Assembly: GCA_047495785.1 (NCBI GenBank) | Contig: JBLDXI010000073.1 | Coordinates: forward strand, 186,001-250,000 | Direction: 5' to 3' | Source: Lepidodermella squamata | Taxonomy: Eukaryota > Animalia > Gastrotricha | DNA: 64,000 bases | Shown: positions 1 through 12,047 of the stretch, one piece after another | Layout of the letters: each line of letters begins with the position of its first letter | Numbering within the stretch: the first letter of the stretch is position 1 | Notes under the pieces: model-generated | What the model was told of the DNA's origin: nothing | Seen by the model: only the letters and a program-made list of their open reading frames with translations | Database searches by the model: none | Position numbers and translations under genes: made by a program

Positions 1-1
1 G

Positions 2-1351
2 GTGGATACTAGTCGAAATTACATGTTCTATGGTCGATATAAAATTTCCTCCCTGGAACCAATGGATTGGGCTGCTTGGAATAATGGCGGCAAACCTCCT
101 AGAGATTCAGCATTTCTGATCTCCATCACTGACGACGTATCAGATAGCATTTCAACTTGCGTTATAGTGATTGCAAGCATTTCTTCTGCAATTCATCTTT
201 TTATGATTCTGTTTACAATGAAAAGCGGAAGCAGCCCTGAAATAGTAACTTCTCCTCAAGTGAAAGTGGTTGGGTATGCAGGTTGCATCTTGTTAAATGG
301 AGCTGGCGTAGCCTACTCATTGAAAACCAGCACAAATGCCTACATGATAGCAATTGTCCGGCTTTGCTTACTTGTTGGGGCCTTGTCTATCATAATTGGA
401 GTAATTTCACTCCGGGCTTACTTTCTCGCCAAAAAACTTCCACCCCCACCGAAACGATTCAAAGTCAATCGAGGTGGTAAAGTTGTTGACACGATTACAG
501 TCGTTTCTCATACAAAGCTGAAGTTTGTTGAACCAAGAGAAGGAGAAGCCTCTCGCTCTTTTTCCCCGACTGGGGGCAATGTACCCCCACCGGAAAATAA
601 GCAAATCTCAGTACGATGGGTGTCTGGCAAGCATCAAATAAGCAATCATACAGCCCAGCCAAATCTACTTTCGACTGACGCAGTAGCGAAACCCCTGATG
701 GCTCGAAAGGCGAGTCATACACCAGTCATTCACACAACCTCAGACCATAGCCTGCGATTTGCTGCCAGCACTCAAGTACCTCATGTGAACACTCTTCACC
801 CAATCGAATTTGAAGACGGAATTCAAGAGAAGACGTTGGGTTTCACTGTTGGTTTCGTGGCGATTAATGCTTTTCTAGTTACGATCTGGCTGCTTTTCGA
901 TTCATTCAATTGCCAAACAATCACCGCCCCTCGCGACAAAAATTATGACCCAGTTACGGATACAAATTATGACATCTCAGTCGTGATTTGCTCATCAGCA
1001 CATGGAATCTTTTGGATGATGGCTCTCGCGCTTTTCCACGTTGCAGTCTTAGCTTTTTGCACGCTCCAAGCCTACAGGCTGAAACAAGGCATGAAGCTGC
1101 TCGTTAGTAATTGCTGCCGAGAAATGGGTGGGATCATGCTCGGCCCACTGAATGCGCTCTCGCTGCTGCTCTGCTCGATTATGATCGTCTTCACTCTCCG
1201 TGATCAAGCCAGTCAACATACTGCAGTAGCTTTCTCAGCTTTGCTAATTTCGCTGACGACGAGCCTTAGCCTGGGGTATTCGGCGATAAAAGGCGCGGTC
1301 GAACAGCGTGGAGGACGGTTCATTGTCGGTCTGAAAAATATGTTCAAGTGA
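2..1351 (+). CDS. Class C GPCR, GABA-B receptor-like, copy 1 (5'-truncated by window edge; 7TM portion)
   Basis: Open 449-aa frame nearly identical to the C-terminal half of 12316..14937. It has seven hydrophobic segments and a GABA-B-like ECL2 'VVICSSAHGIFWMMAL'. Confidence 0.85.
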   Translation: MDTSRNYMFYGRYKISSLEPMDWAAWNNGGKPPRDSAFLISITDDVSDSISTCVIVIASISSAIHLFMILFTMKSGSSPEIVTSPQVKVVGYAGCILLNGAGVAYSLKTSTNAYMIAIVRLCLLVGALSIIIGVISLRAYFLAKKLPPPPKRFKVNRGGKVVDTITVVSHTKLKFVEPREGEASRSFSPTGGNVPPPENKQISVRWVSGKHQISNHTAQPNLLSTDAVAKPLMARKASHTPVIHTTSDHSLRFAASTQVPHVNTLHPIEFEDGIQEKTLGFTVGFVAINAFLVTIWLLFDSFNCQTITAPRDKNYDPVTDTNYDISVVICSSAHGIFWMMALALFHVAVLAFCTLQAYRLKQGMKLLVSNCCREMGGIMLGPLNALSLLLCSIMIVFTLRDQASQHTAVAFSALLISLTTSLSLGYSAIKGAVEQRGGRFIVGLKNMFK

Positions 1352-1417
1352 CAATTTCGAATATTGTTGTTTCGGAGTGGGTGTTGGGATGCTTATGTAG
1401 AGTATTTGCACACACAG

Positions 1418-1532
1418 ATATCTTTAGCATGGATGAATAACTCGGATTTAAGCTTTTTACGTCACTTCAAAGGCAACATTTGTCAAGTGGGAATTTAGTT
1501 AATTTTGCCACTTCATAAACACAACTTTTTAC
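1418..1532. mobile_element. Decayed half-copy of the 3932 MITE family in the GPCR 3' region (also at ~15004..15120)
   Basis: 'atatctttagcatggatgaataactcggatttaagc' resembles the TIR 'atatcgttagcgtcgttgaataactcggatttaggc'. Confidence 0.6.
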
Positions 1533-2416
1533 CTCAATCTTAAAATTAATATGGTTTCATGAACCACAAATTTGTCGCGGCATGAAAGAAGGTTTTTATG
1601 ATTGTGCACAACAATTTCTATTCGATGGGTTTTGATCGCCCTATTGAGAAATAATACTTTTCTATGCCGCCTACAAGAATTCGGAATAGTCTCATTGGAG
1701 AATGCCAAGATTTTCAGTGTAATAAAAATGGCGATGATAGATGATATTTGAACGTAAATTCAGATTACGGTAAGTACGCTCAGTGCTGGAATAAGCCGAA
1801 CGTATTCCTTCTTTACGTTCGTGTCGTCAAAGTACGATTGAACGATTCATCAAAGTGGTTGTTTGGGCGCGTCGCTAACGATAGGGACATTTCGGCTACT
1901 TTTCGCATCGATGATAGATAGAGACAGACAGGCAAGCCCTCGTAACAGACGAAAAATAATGATCGCAGCTAATGAGGACATTTATAGCAACAAAAATCTG
2001 ACTTTTATATGGAGCCGCTGAGTTTTGACACATTTTCCATAATGAGCAACTTCAGCTAGCTTTTTTTTAATGGATGCTTGCGTCTTGCGCGGCTTATTAG
2101 CCTTGAACACTGCTAGCCAATAGCCAATTAGCTATCGCGGATTTGATTCGACATTTTTGCAGCTTCGCTATTTCGAACTTTCTCTAATTTGAAAATGATC
2201 CTCCTATACCCATCCCACGCGACATAATGCCGTATGTGTTAGTTAGCACTCAATTTCAGAGAGATTACTAATAATCTCTGAAAAGGGACCCGGAGAAAGC
2301 GTACACCCAGGCGAGAGAAAATGAAAAATCAATAAATAGTATCATATTTTCAAAAGGGGGGCACATTTCACATTTGGTCTGTTTCACGATTTTTCGAATG
2401 CTACGTTAATCCTCCC

Positions 2417-2516
2417 CAGTGTGCGAAGTGCGAAGTAGGATGAGGGCACTGAGGTGTTTTCTCGGTTTTTCAGCCTACTTCTGGTTGTAGTCAAGGAGCT
2501 GGGGTTTTGCGACACA
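2417..2516 (+). mobile_element. hAT-like MITE (CAGTGTGCGAAGTA family), internally deleted
   Basis: Starts cagtgtgcgaag and aligns to the fuller copy at 15997..16174, with two deletions. Confidence 0.7.
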
Positions 2517-2620
2517 ACAGGGCGCCAACAACAACGCGTTGCACCGTGGGAGAGTGTGGCAAAATGTGTGCCTTTGAGGGTCACCGCATCTCTTGCGGTA
2601 ACAGTGAGATCTTTGCAGAG

Positions 2621-3046
2621 TCAGTCAGCAGCAACCTTTACTACCACTGGTACAGGTTCCAGGTCAATTTCCTGTTCAACCGGCTCAACATCATGTTCTG
2701 CCCCAAATTGAACCCATGGAACAGCCTCAAGCCCAACCCCAAGTAGTTCAGCTTCCTAGGCCTGAGCTACCCGCCAACCCTGTTTTAGTGCCCGATCGTT
2801 TCTACTCAACAACCCGAAACAACAAGGCCCTGGGCTCGAAAGGTTAGATTGCCTCACATTTATAGGTTTAATTCACAATATAACGACCTGTTGATAGGTT
2901 TCACTTATTACTGGGTGGAATCTCGCGAAAAAAAGCCGGCCGTTGATCGTCTCGGCCTCGATGACGAAGAAGTCGTGCCACTTGACCTGGTCGTTGATGA
3001 TGGCGAAGAAGCTGAGTTAAGCGAGGAAGAGCAGGGCCACGACTAA
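2621..3046 (+). pseudogene. Gln/Pro-rich plus FLYWCH-like fragment, possibly an internally deleted MULE transposase
   Basis: Spliced read QQQPLL...FYSTTRNNKALGSK|GFTYYW across a short GT-AG intron resembles a FLYWCH start. It then jumps to an acidic C-terminus and a stop. Confidence 0.35.
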
Positions 3047-3727
3047 TTACTGTGTTCATGTTATTAATTGATTCCACCTGTTACTAGCTTTCACCTCTGA
3101 GATGTTGTCATATTGACGAAATTAAAAGCGTTACGAATCGATCGCTCTCTTGGTTTAATTTGTTACGAAAAGATCACTAAATTAATTTGGAATATCAATT
3201 TATCAATTTATCAATATAAATAATTTTCAGATAATTAATTTGAGATAATTTTCAGGGACGAAGGGCGAAAAAACCAAATAATAAAATGGCGCGACCGGAT
3301 AAAGCCGGAGCCGTTCCTTGCCAGCCGCCAAAATGGCCGGCGGTAAAAAAAGTTTGTTTTAGGATTCTCCAGATTTCTGAAATTCAGCATTGCTAATTTT
3401 TCTTAGTTTCGAGAATTCGAGACGGCGTAAGTAAAGAGCATTTATTTGCGACAAATAACAACGTGACAATGGGAAGAAAACGGAGCGAACTAAACTAAAA
3501 TTAACGACTGTAAATAGTCAATTTTAGGTGGCTTTGGAACCCTCTTTTCCCGAAAAAAAATCGAAAAATTCTCACTTCGCTCGTTTCATGGGTTAAAAGC
3601 GTAGCAAATTGTCCCCCATGCTGAGTAAATATGACAGATTTCGCGAGCGAGCGTAGAGAGCGAGCGCAATTTTTGTGTTGCTCAATATTAGGGAAACACC
3701 AGCTCGAAAATCCTACTTCGCACACTG

Positions 3728-4169
3728 GGACATGCTATCTTTGTCTAACTTGAAAACAGCAGCGTGGCGATTCTCCTGCAGCATGAATTGGACCTCGCAG
3801 CGTTGAACATCGATCGGGAACCATCGCAAGTTCATATCGCAGGTTGACACGAATGATCCGGTGATGCCTAGTTGGAATGCGAATTCCGATTTCTCGACCT
3901 TAGCAGTCATCCGAGTTGAAAAACCGTCGACATATCGTTAGCGTCGTTGAATAACTCGGATTTAGGCTTGTTTACATCCTTTTCAAGGCGACAGGTGACA
4001 AGTTATAAGCGGCTTTTTTGACGAGAACGAAGCGGCAAAAACGAATGACTTTTTAGTTGTCACAGGTCACCCTGAAACTGACGTAAACAAGCCTAAATCC
4101 GAGTTATTCAACGACGCTAACGATATCGGAGTTGAGGGGCGAATATGTCTTCAGCAGGAATATGTCTTC
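3728..4169 (-). pseudogene. Cys-loop ligand-gated ion channel exon fragment interrupted by a MITE
   Basis: CDMNLRWFPIDVQRC is the C-x13-C Cys-loop. Removing the 3932 MITE restores in-frame RHIPAEDIFAPQLRYVDG (loop A-like). The 3' side is cut by a hAT end at 3727. Confidence 0.8.
3932..4126. mobile_element. ~195-bp MITE, TA/ATAT target (Tc1/mariner-like)
   Basis: ~45-bp TIR atatcgttagcgtcgttgaataactcggatttaggcttgtttac. Further copies at 45751 and 59575. Confidence 0.9.
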
Positions 4170-4520
4170 CTAGTTCAAAGTGTTGGCAAAAAGTTGAGCT
4201 ACAAGATCAGGAGTTGCATTAGTTATGATAATCAGCTTTGATTCTTTGCGTGAAGGCTCATTTGCCTATATACGATTGCTACCGTAGTTTTTCCGTAGCA
4301 CTACGGTAAAACTACGGAAAAACTACGGCAAGTACTACGGTATGACTACGGTAAAAAAAACATAATCAAAATACGTACGAGATGCCTTGAAAATATAGTT
4401 ACCAAACTATTTTCATTTAGAGACGTCACTGTCTCGTCGTGGAGAAAGGTCGAAAACTTCACTGAAGTGGTAGGGCAGTTTAAGGAAAAATCTCACGGAT
4501 AAGTCGAAGAGCTCTGTTTT

Positions 4521-6511
4521 GGCGTTTTTGACGCGTCATAGCCGCTAAACCCTGGGCCCCGCGGGCTTGAAATCTTTCGGGGTTACAGAACCGACGGCCC
4601 TCTATTCGACTGTCATGGTTAAAACCCGAAGGAAAGGTTCCCTGGCATTGAAAACTGGCCGCAAAGTCAGCCCAAAATGCGAGCAATCGCGAAAGTTTGG
4701 CGTTTTTGACGCGTCATAACCGCTGAACCCTGGGCTCCGCGGGCTTGAAATCTTTCGGGGTTACAGAACCGAGGGCCCTCTATTCGACTGTCATGGTTAA
4801 AACCCGATGGAAAAGTTCCCCGGCATTGAAAACTGGCCGCAAAACACCCCTGAAAACACAGTACTTTTCAAGCCATTGAGCCAAATGGGCGTTTTTGACG
4901 CGTCATAACCGCTGAACCCTGGGCTCCGCGGGCTTGAAATCTTTCGGGGTTACAGAACCGACGGCCCTCTATTTGACTGTCATGGATAAAACCCTGAAGG
5001 AAAGGTTCCCTGGCATTGAAAACTGGCCGCAAAGTCAGCCCAAAATGCGAGCAATCGCGAAAGTTTGGCGTTTTTGACGCGTCATAGCCGCTAAACCGTG
5101 GGCTCCGCGGGCTTGAAATCTTTCGGGGTTACAGAATCGAGGGCCCTCTATTCGACTGTCATGGTTAAAACCCGAAGGAAAAGTTCCCCGGCATTGAAAA
5201 CTGGCCGCAAAACACCCCTGAAAACACAGTACTTTTCAAGCCATTGAGCCAAATGGGCGTTATTGACGCGTCATAACCGCTGAACCCTGGGCTCCGCGGG
5301 CTTGAAATCTTTCGGGGTTACAGAACCGACGGCCCTCTATTTGACTGTCATGGATAAAACCCTGAAGGAAAGGTTCCCTGGCATTGAAAACTGGCCGCAA
5401 AGTCAGCCCAAAATGCGAGCAATCGCGAAAGTTTGGCGTTTTTGACGCGTCATAGCCGCTAAACCGTGGGCTCCGCGGGCTTGAAATCTTTCGGGGTTAC
5501 AGAATCGAGGGCCCTCTATTCGACTGTCATGGTTAAAACCCGAAGGAAAAGTTCCCCGGCATTGAAAACTGGCCGCAAAACACCCCTGAAAACACAGTAC
5601 TTTTCAAGCCATTGAGCCAAATGGGCGTTTTTGACGCGCAATAACCGCTGAACCCTGGGCCCCGCGGGCTTGAAATCTTTCGGGGTTACAGAACCGACGG
5701 CCCTCTATTCGACTGTCATGGTTAAAACCCGAAGGAAAGGTTCCCTGGCATTGAAAACTGGCCGCAAAGTCAGCCCAAAATGCGAGCAATCGCGAAAGTT
5801 TGGCGTTTTTGACGCGTCATAACCGCTGAACCCTGGGCTCCGCGGGCTTGAAATCTTTCGGGGTTACAGAACCGAGGGCCCTCTATTCGACTGTCATGGT
5901 TAAAACCCGAAGGAAAAGTTCCCTGGCATTGAAAACTGGCCGCAAAGTCAGCCCAAAATGCGAGCAATCGCGAAAGTTTGTCGTTTTTGACGCGTCATAA
6001 CCGCTGAACCGTGGGCTCCGCGGGCTTGAAATCTTTCGGGGTTACAGAACCGAGGGCCCTCTATTCGACTGTCATGGTTAAAACCCGAAGGAAAAGTTCC
6101 CCGGCATTGAAAACTGGCCGCAAAACACCCCTGAAAACACAGTACTTTTCAAGCCATTGAGCGAAATGGGCGTTTTTGACGCGTCATAACCGCTGAACCC
6201 TGGGCTCCGCGGGCTTGAAATCTTTCGGGGTTACAGAACCGACGGCCCTCTATTCGACTGTCATGGTTAAAACCCGAAGGAAAGGTTCCCTGGCATTGAA
6301 AACTGGCCGCAAAGTCAGCCCAAAATGCGAGCAATCGCGAAAGTTTGGCTTTTTTGACGCGTCATAACCGCTAAACCGTGGGCCCCCGCAGGCTTGCAAT
6401 CTTTCGGGGTTATAGAATCGAGGGCCCTCTATTCGACTGTCATGGTTAAAACCCGAAGGAAAAGTTCCCCGGCATTGAAAACTGGCCGCAAAACACCCCT
6501 GAAAACACAGT
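4521..6511. repeat. Tandem satellite: 11 monomers of 178-179 bp (A) and 189 bp (B), order ABABABAABAB
   Basis: Monomer starts at 4521, 4699, 4888, 5067, 5256, 5435, 5624, 5802, 5980, 6169 and 6347. A shared ~143-bp core carries one of two alternative tails. Confidence 0.95.
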
Positions 6512-6578
6512 ATCAGGTAAATCTTTTTCCCATTCTATCATTCAACTCACTTCACAAAACACTTCTCCGAGATAGCAA

Positions 6579-8581
6579 TTACGCAAACCACTCGCATAAG
6601 ACTTGATATATACTGTCTTCACAAGGCATTGCTGAATAGGCATAGGCGGAGCTCACATAGTTGATAACAGCGCAGTCACCGCCAGATGTCCTAAACCAAT
6701 ACGTTCCGGCCAAAATTAAATCCGAGCCATCCTCCCATTTGAACACTCCTTGCTGCTGAGTGAGACCGATCCACGCGTATGTCCCCCGATAAGTGAACAG
6801 CGCTAAATCGGCCGCGGCCAGCTCAGCAGCTGATTTAATCGTGCCTATCGTGGCATTGTTTTCGACGCATTTCGACGCGGCTGTAGTCTTATTGGTGAAA
6901 CCATACAGCACCAAGTACTTCTTAGTCACATTCTTGCAAGTGTTCTCGTCCGGATAGGCGACATTGGGTGGAGTTCGAAGCTGAGTTGCCGCATCACAGC
7001 CTGTCGACTCGATTACGCAGTGAGCCGTCCCATCAGATTTATCGACGCAGCGGAAATAAGACTAGAAAACAGCGCAACATTTTATTTGGACACTATACAA
7101 AACCTTTCGAAGCGCTATTTGATATCACGAAATTATTTGTTATGCATATTACCAAACATGAGATATCGGGAATCGAAAAATTGAACTTACAGGAGGCGAT
7201 ATGTCATTGATGCACTTGTCGTGGTTCAGTTTGAAGCTCTGCGAGTCTGAGAACAGCTTAGCCTGCCACAGAAAAAACTTAGGTTTTACTTAAAACATTA
7301 ACTGAGCCGCGTTACTTGAGATTGATCTTGAGGACAGGCTGCGTAGCAAGACAAACGGTTGGAAGAATCTTCGCACGACACGGCATTCTGTTGGGCAAGA
7401 GTAACCGCTTTGTTAGCTGCGATAACAGACTTGATAACTTACCCCAAGCAGGCATGTTGCACGGTTAAGGTAAACTTTGTTCGAGTATTGCTGAGTTTCA
7501 TTGCTGGCTGAACAGCCGGGGCTTTGCGGTCGGCAGTCGTTGAACTTGCCCGTTGTCGAATCGAAGCAGCGGATGTGCGGCTTCTCGCTTACAGGGACCG
7601 AGACTAGAATCCACATTAATCACATTCGGAAGTGATAATTAATTTTGGAAGCTCTTTTTACGGCTTTGCAATAAGTATTACACAATATCAACGCACCCGT
7701 TCCGTTGACACAAGACGTGAGATTGGGAAACAAAGTTGAATCGGTAACCTGTAGATAAAGAATAACCCGGATTCACAAAACGAACCATTTGAGGCAGAAA
7801 CACAAGACTACAACTTTGATTGAAAGAAAATCACTCACCCAGTTCTCGGGGCAGGAGTACGGGTCGGGAACACATGTCATAATGGCGTTGCTCGAGGTGC
7901 AGCGCCTGAATGCCAAAGTCTTCAGTACAAAATGTATATCACTAAACAAAATGCTCAAATTCTCAACAGTCCTCACCTCGAATACAGCTTTCTTTTTCTC
8001 GCATTCGTTGAGGTTGAAATTCAGGCTCAAAGTGGGCTGCTGGTCGTCGAACCAGAACGTCTGAGACAGAGGTAATCATTTTAAAATAATTATATCTCAG
8101 GAATTTCGCCCCTGTCTTTGATTCTCTAGATTGTACTTGTACGAATTATATGGAATGATGCTTACATTCATATCACCCGGATTGTTGCATCCAACGTTTC
8201 CGGGAACGCAAAACGGCGTAAGAGCCGCGTATTTGTAGCACATTCGGGCGTTCTGAAAAGAGATCAGAATGAAATGACTAAAATATAAATTAGCCGAAGA
8301 ATAAACAGACCCCGGTGTTGCAGACGCCGACTGTTCGGAAAGTTCCTCCCCACTAAATGAAGAGATAAACTTGAATTGGCAAGGCTATGTTTTACGATTG
8401 AATTGAAACGAACCTGGAATTCTTTCAGTGGATCACAGCCATTGGCAGCTTCAACACAGCTGGTGAATCGGTTGCTCTGCCGCGAGAAGCAGCGAACCCA
8501 GTTCAACGGCTTGCTGCCCCAAGCAACGTCGCTCGAAGCAAGCATCAGCGCCAACAATACAGCGAAGTAATAAGCCGTCAT
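6579..8581 (-). CDS. Secreted protein: signal peptide, six 4-Cys modules, C-terminal C-type lectin-like domain (10 exons)
   Basis: Signal peptide MTAYYFAVLLALMLASSDVAWG. Phase-compatible GT-AG exons read by eye. CTLD motifs 'AWIGL..GVFKWEDGS..DCA..C..VLCE'. Confidence 0.85.
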
Positions 8582-9374
8582 TTAATTAGGCAAATTTCAA
8601 TTTTAAAGCTACAAAAAATTGAATTCGGCGAATTAAGGATTTTAACCGCTGAAAAATATCCCTAAATTCAACTATTATAAACTATGAAACTATTTTCATT
8701 AAAAAATATAAGGTTTGAAGTATAGATAAATTTTGATTTAAATTAATTTGTTTCATCTTTTACTGAATACAAATAAAAATTAATTTTCATAAATTAAGAA
8801 AAATTCGAAGCCCTAAATTCAAGGGCCGCTTTGTTAATCGCTGGTACGACTTTGTAGTAGATAGCAGAATTGTTAAAAGCATAACCTGTAGCCATCGCCA
8901 GCCGCTAAATTAGTTGAAACCGCGATCATTAGCAAATGAAAACCATATTGGTAAAGGAATTACGCGAAAAATTCAAAATTTCTAATAGTTGCAAATTGAA
9001 AATGAATGTTTATGAGCTCGCCTCGAATCGCGTGGTCACGGCAACTTCTGAAAACGTGTCCGAAAACAATGCTTTTCCAATCACGTGTTCATCAAAAACA
9101 TGTTTGTTGATTGATGCTGTCTTTTCACAGAATAATATCCCACTTTTTGCGCAGCGCTGAAACCAAATTTAACATGAGCGTAAACAATAATATTTTATTA
9201 TTTTATTTTTTACGCAAGATCTCTCCATTCAATTGATATAGAATTGATTGCATTTTTCCTAATGGTTAGTAAAACAGCCACGAAATTCGAAAATAGGATC
9301 ATCAGCCATAAAACTGCGGGCTTGAATTTTAATAGCATTTACTTGGAATATTCGAAATTCTTATTGACATTCTT

Positions 9375-9740
9375 ATTTATTTATTTATTATTTATTTATA
9401 AGCTTTAACGCCCAAAAGAGGGCAGCTTGACAAGAGGTAATTTAAAAGTGAAACATGTAATTGCAGGACAGTTTACAGATGAATAGGACATGAATAGGAG
9501 CTTCAGCCAACGCTGTATCTGAAGAGGAGTGACTAAAACTGAACAAAATTTTCGCAATATTCAAGCTTTATGGAATCGGCGACCCACGGAAAAAGGTCCC
9601 GGAATCAAAAAGTCGCTATTACAATTCAAGTTGACAGTTGGGTGTGGCATGTTTAAACCGGTTTGTCGAAACAAATCAGACAGATTACGACTGCGGTCAG
9701 CAGTGGGCGTCTTCCGGGTTCCGGGCAGCCAATTGGCAGT
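9375..9740 (-). mobile_element. Probable LINE 3' end with (TAAA)n tail
   Basis: (TTTA)n-like tract at ~9375-9400 on +, preceded on the minus strand by a decayed coding-like stretch. Confidence 0.35.
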
Positions 9741-10210
9741 CGCTGCTTGTCTGTATGATTTCGGACATTTTTGCAATTTTTTTGGACAGTTTTTTCTAGC
9801 CCTGGCTCTCAGATGCTGTCGGGTTACTTTGTGATTGTGATTGATACCTGCGGCGCTTCAGATAAAATAGCGTGAGAAATTGTTCATTAACCCGGGCCGA
9901 GAAATCGTTAAAATCTGCGAACATCTCTTTCCTTTTATATTTATCAAATCAGCTGTTAAAAAAACAGAATGTTGAGCTATCGACGTCACCTCAGCAGAAT
10001 ATGTCGATGCAAGCTCTTGCAGAAAATCTGATCAACAACGAGCAATTTAAAGCTTTGATCTCGAAGATTGTCTGCGAAGCTATCACGGCCGCCCTGTCCA
10101 CGCACTTCAGCATAGCTTTGGAAAATACGAACCCCGCAGGTATTATCAATGGGTTAACAACTATCCTTTCGGCAGCATCTGCTGCGCACCCGCCCCGCTC
10201 GGCCTAGCCC

Positions 10211-10515
10211 ATGGCCGAACCTACCAAGGCAGTCGACGTCGGAGACTGGGGCCTACCTGAATCCTATCGACCAGTCGCCCTGCTGCCATCACTTGGCAAG
10301 TGTCTAGAACTGCTCTTCATAAAAGTTCTCTTCGATTTTCTGGTAAGCAAAAACCTGCTGCCGCAACGTCAGTTCGGCTTTTGGCAAGGTCGCAGTGCCT
10401 AAGACTCCACCTTCAGGCTCGTCAACGACGTTGCCATGGACATTGGAAGCTCGTCACAGCTGCCTTAGACTTCAAGAGTGCCTTCGATATCGTCTGGCAC
10501 AATGACATAAGCTGA
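10211..10515 (+). mobile_element. Non-LTR retrotransposon reverse transcriptase fragment (decayed)
   Basis: SYRPVALLPSLGKCLE...QFGF..GRS and LDFKSAFDIVWH motifs, with a stop and a frameshift. Confidence 0.9.
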
Positions 10516-10883
10516 TTGTCCTCGAGCCTAAAATTCGTTGGGTGGCCGACTTTTGCGCGGCCGTTGCTTCAAGCTTATTTGAAAATAAGCAAAAGAATTG
10601 ATCAATTTGAAAATCGAAAATAAAAAAACATCAAGAAAATAATCAGGAAAAGCCAGGAATTCAAGAATTTATATGTCTTGAAATGAACACACCTTTTTGC
10701 GATTTGCTGCAAAATACAAAAAATTCGCCAAACCTCACATTTGACCTTTGTTATCGGTCACGTTTCCTCAGTCGAAAAACAACGTTCGAAGCGACAAAAG
10801 CTTGAGACTTTCCTCGCTTGCGAATCGCAAATTTTTCGGAAACAGCTAGGGAGTAAGGCAACTGTGAGCTCGTCGTCCAACTA

Positions 10884-11812
10884 CAGTATGGGGCATAAAG
10901 ATTGAGCCGACTTTATTTATTTACAGCGCAGTCATTTCGGCTCTGATTTTCAAATATCTTATACCGTTGAAAAGCCCATGAAAAATCGTTTATTCCCCTA
11001 ACAGTTTGCTTATGGGATCCATACCGAATCGAATCTATAGCAAGTTTAAGGCGTCGAGCTGATTGCTCAGCATCACGTAACTTTATTTTATAACCAAGCG
11101 AGTTTTGAGCTCCATTGAGCTCTAAAAAGTCCCTATTTCAACTGGGCTAGCTGTAAAATGACCCAAATAGTCATGAATCTGACGAAAAAGGTCATTTTTA
11201 GCCACATTTTGTGGCAGAAGAGACTTGCGCAAGCATGCTACGGATAACAAGCTTTAGCTTTTTTCAATTGCTTGCGAGCTTGCTACGTGTTGTCGTAGGC
11301 TTTATTTGATGCCAAAGTTGTCGAATTAATTTTTCAAGTTGACTTCTAACCCTCTGAGGGAAAACAGATCTATCTGCTGTTCATCACTGGACTGGGGTCT
11401 CGCTTACTTGGCCAATATTGGGGGGTGTGTGCCTATATGGTATACCTTCTCTTTATCGCATCATCGTGTCGCAATGGGGCATATATTAATGTCCTAAATC
11501 ATTGCCAGAGATGCGTGGAGCATGCAGGGATAGCTATGTGTCAATTTTTTAGGGTTCGGGAGCGTCCAGAGTTTGCCTCCGATACGTACGAAAACTAGAA
11601 TTTAAATTTTTGAAAGATGGTGATTTTTGTGCGATCAACTCGTCTTCTTAAATTTGCTATACTTGGATTCGATCCGGATCCCCTGAGCGAAAATTTAGCG
11701 GAATAAACTATTTTTCATGGGCTTTCCAACGGTATAAGATATTTGAAAATCAGAGCCGAAATGACTGCGCTGTAAATAAATAAAGTCGGCTCAATCTTTA
11801 TGCCCCATACTG
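10884..11812. mobile_element. Non-autonomous Tc1/mariner-like element
   Basis: ~100-bp near-perfect TIR cagtatggggcataaagattgagccg, with TA on both sides. Confidence 0.9.
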
Positions 11813-11878
11813 TAATTGTCGCCAAGCCCTACGCGATCGTGCAAATTAGAGGTAAATATCCGCATTGCCAGGATGCGG

Positions 11879-12047
11879 CAGTGTGCGAAGTAGAATCCGG
11901 GAACGGAGGTTTTCCTCGGTTTCTACGGCATCCAGCCGAAGAAACCACAGACCCCCCTCTCCCTTAGTGGTTTGCTCATCCCTGAGTCCCACGGGTCCCG
12001 AAGCTGGGATGTTGTGACACCCCAGCATCCCTGTACTTCGCAACCTG
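11879..12047 (+). mobile_element. hAT-like MITE (CAGTGTGCGAAGTA family)
   Basis: TIR cagtgtgcgaagta / tacttcgcaacctg. Internal similarity to the copies at 15997 and 63551. Confidence 0.75.

Larger units (their letters stand above)
1..2620 (+). repeat. Segmental duplication, copy 1 (homologous to ~13596..16268)
   Basis: Position 1 aligns to 13596. Similarity runs through the CDS, 3' flank and hAT-like MITE, and ends after the shared 'gtgagatctttgcagag'. Confidence 0.9.

Noticed and set aside
4521-6511. CRISPR-like array (constant core plus spacers) and repeated 61-68 aa ORFs
   Set aside because: The core is ~143 bp, there are only two recurring spacer types, no cas genes are present and the context is eukaryotic. 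The ORFs are by-products of the repeat.
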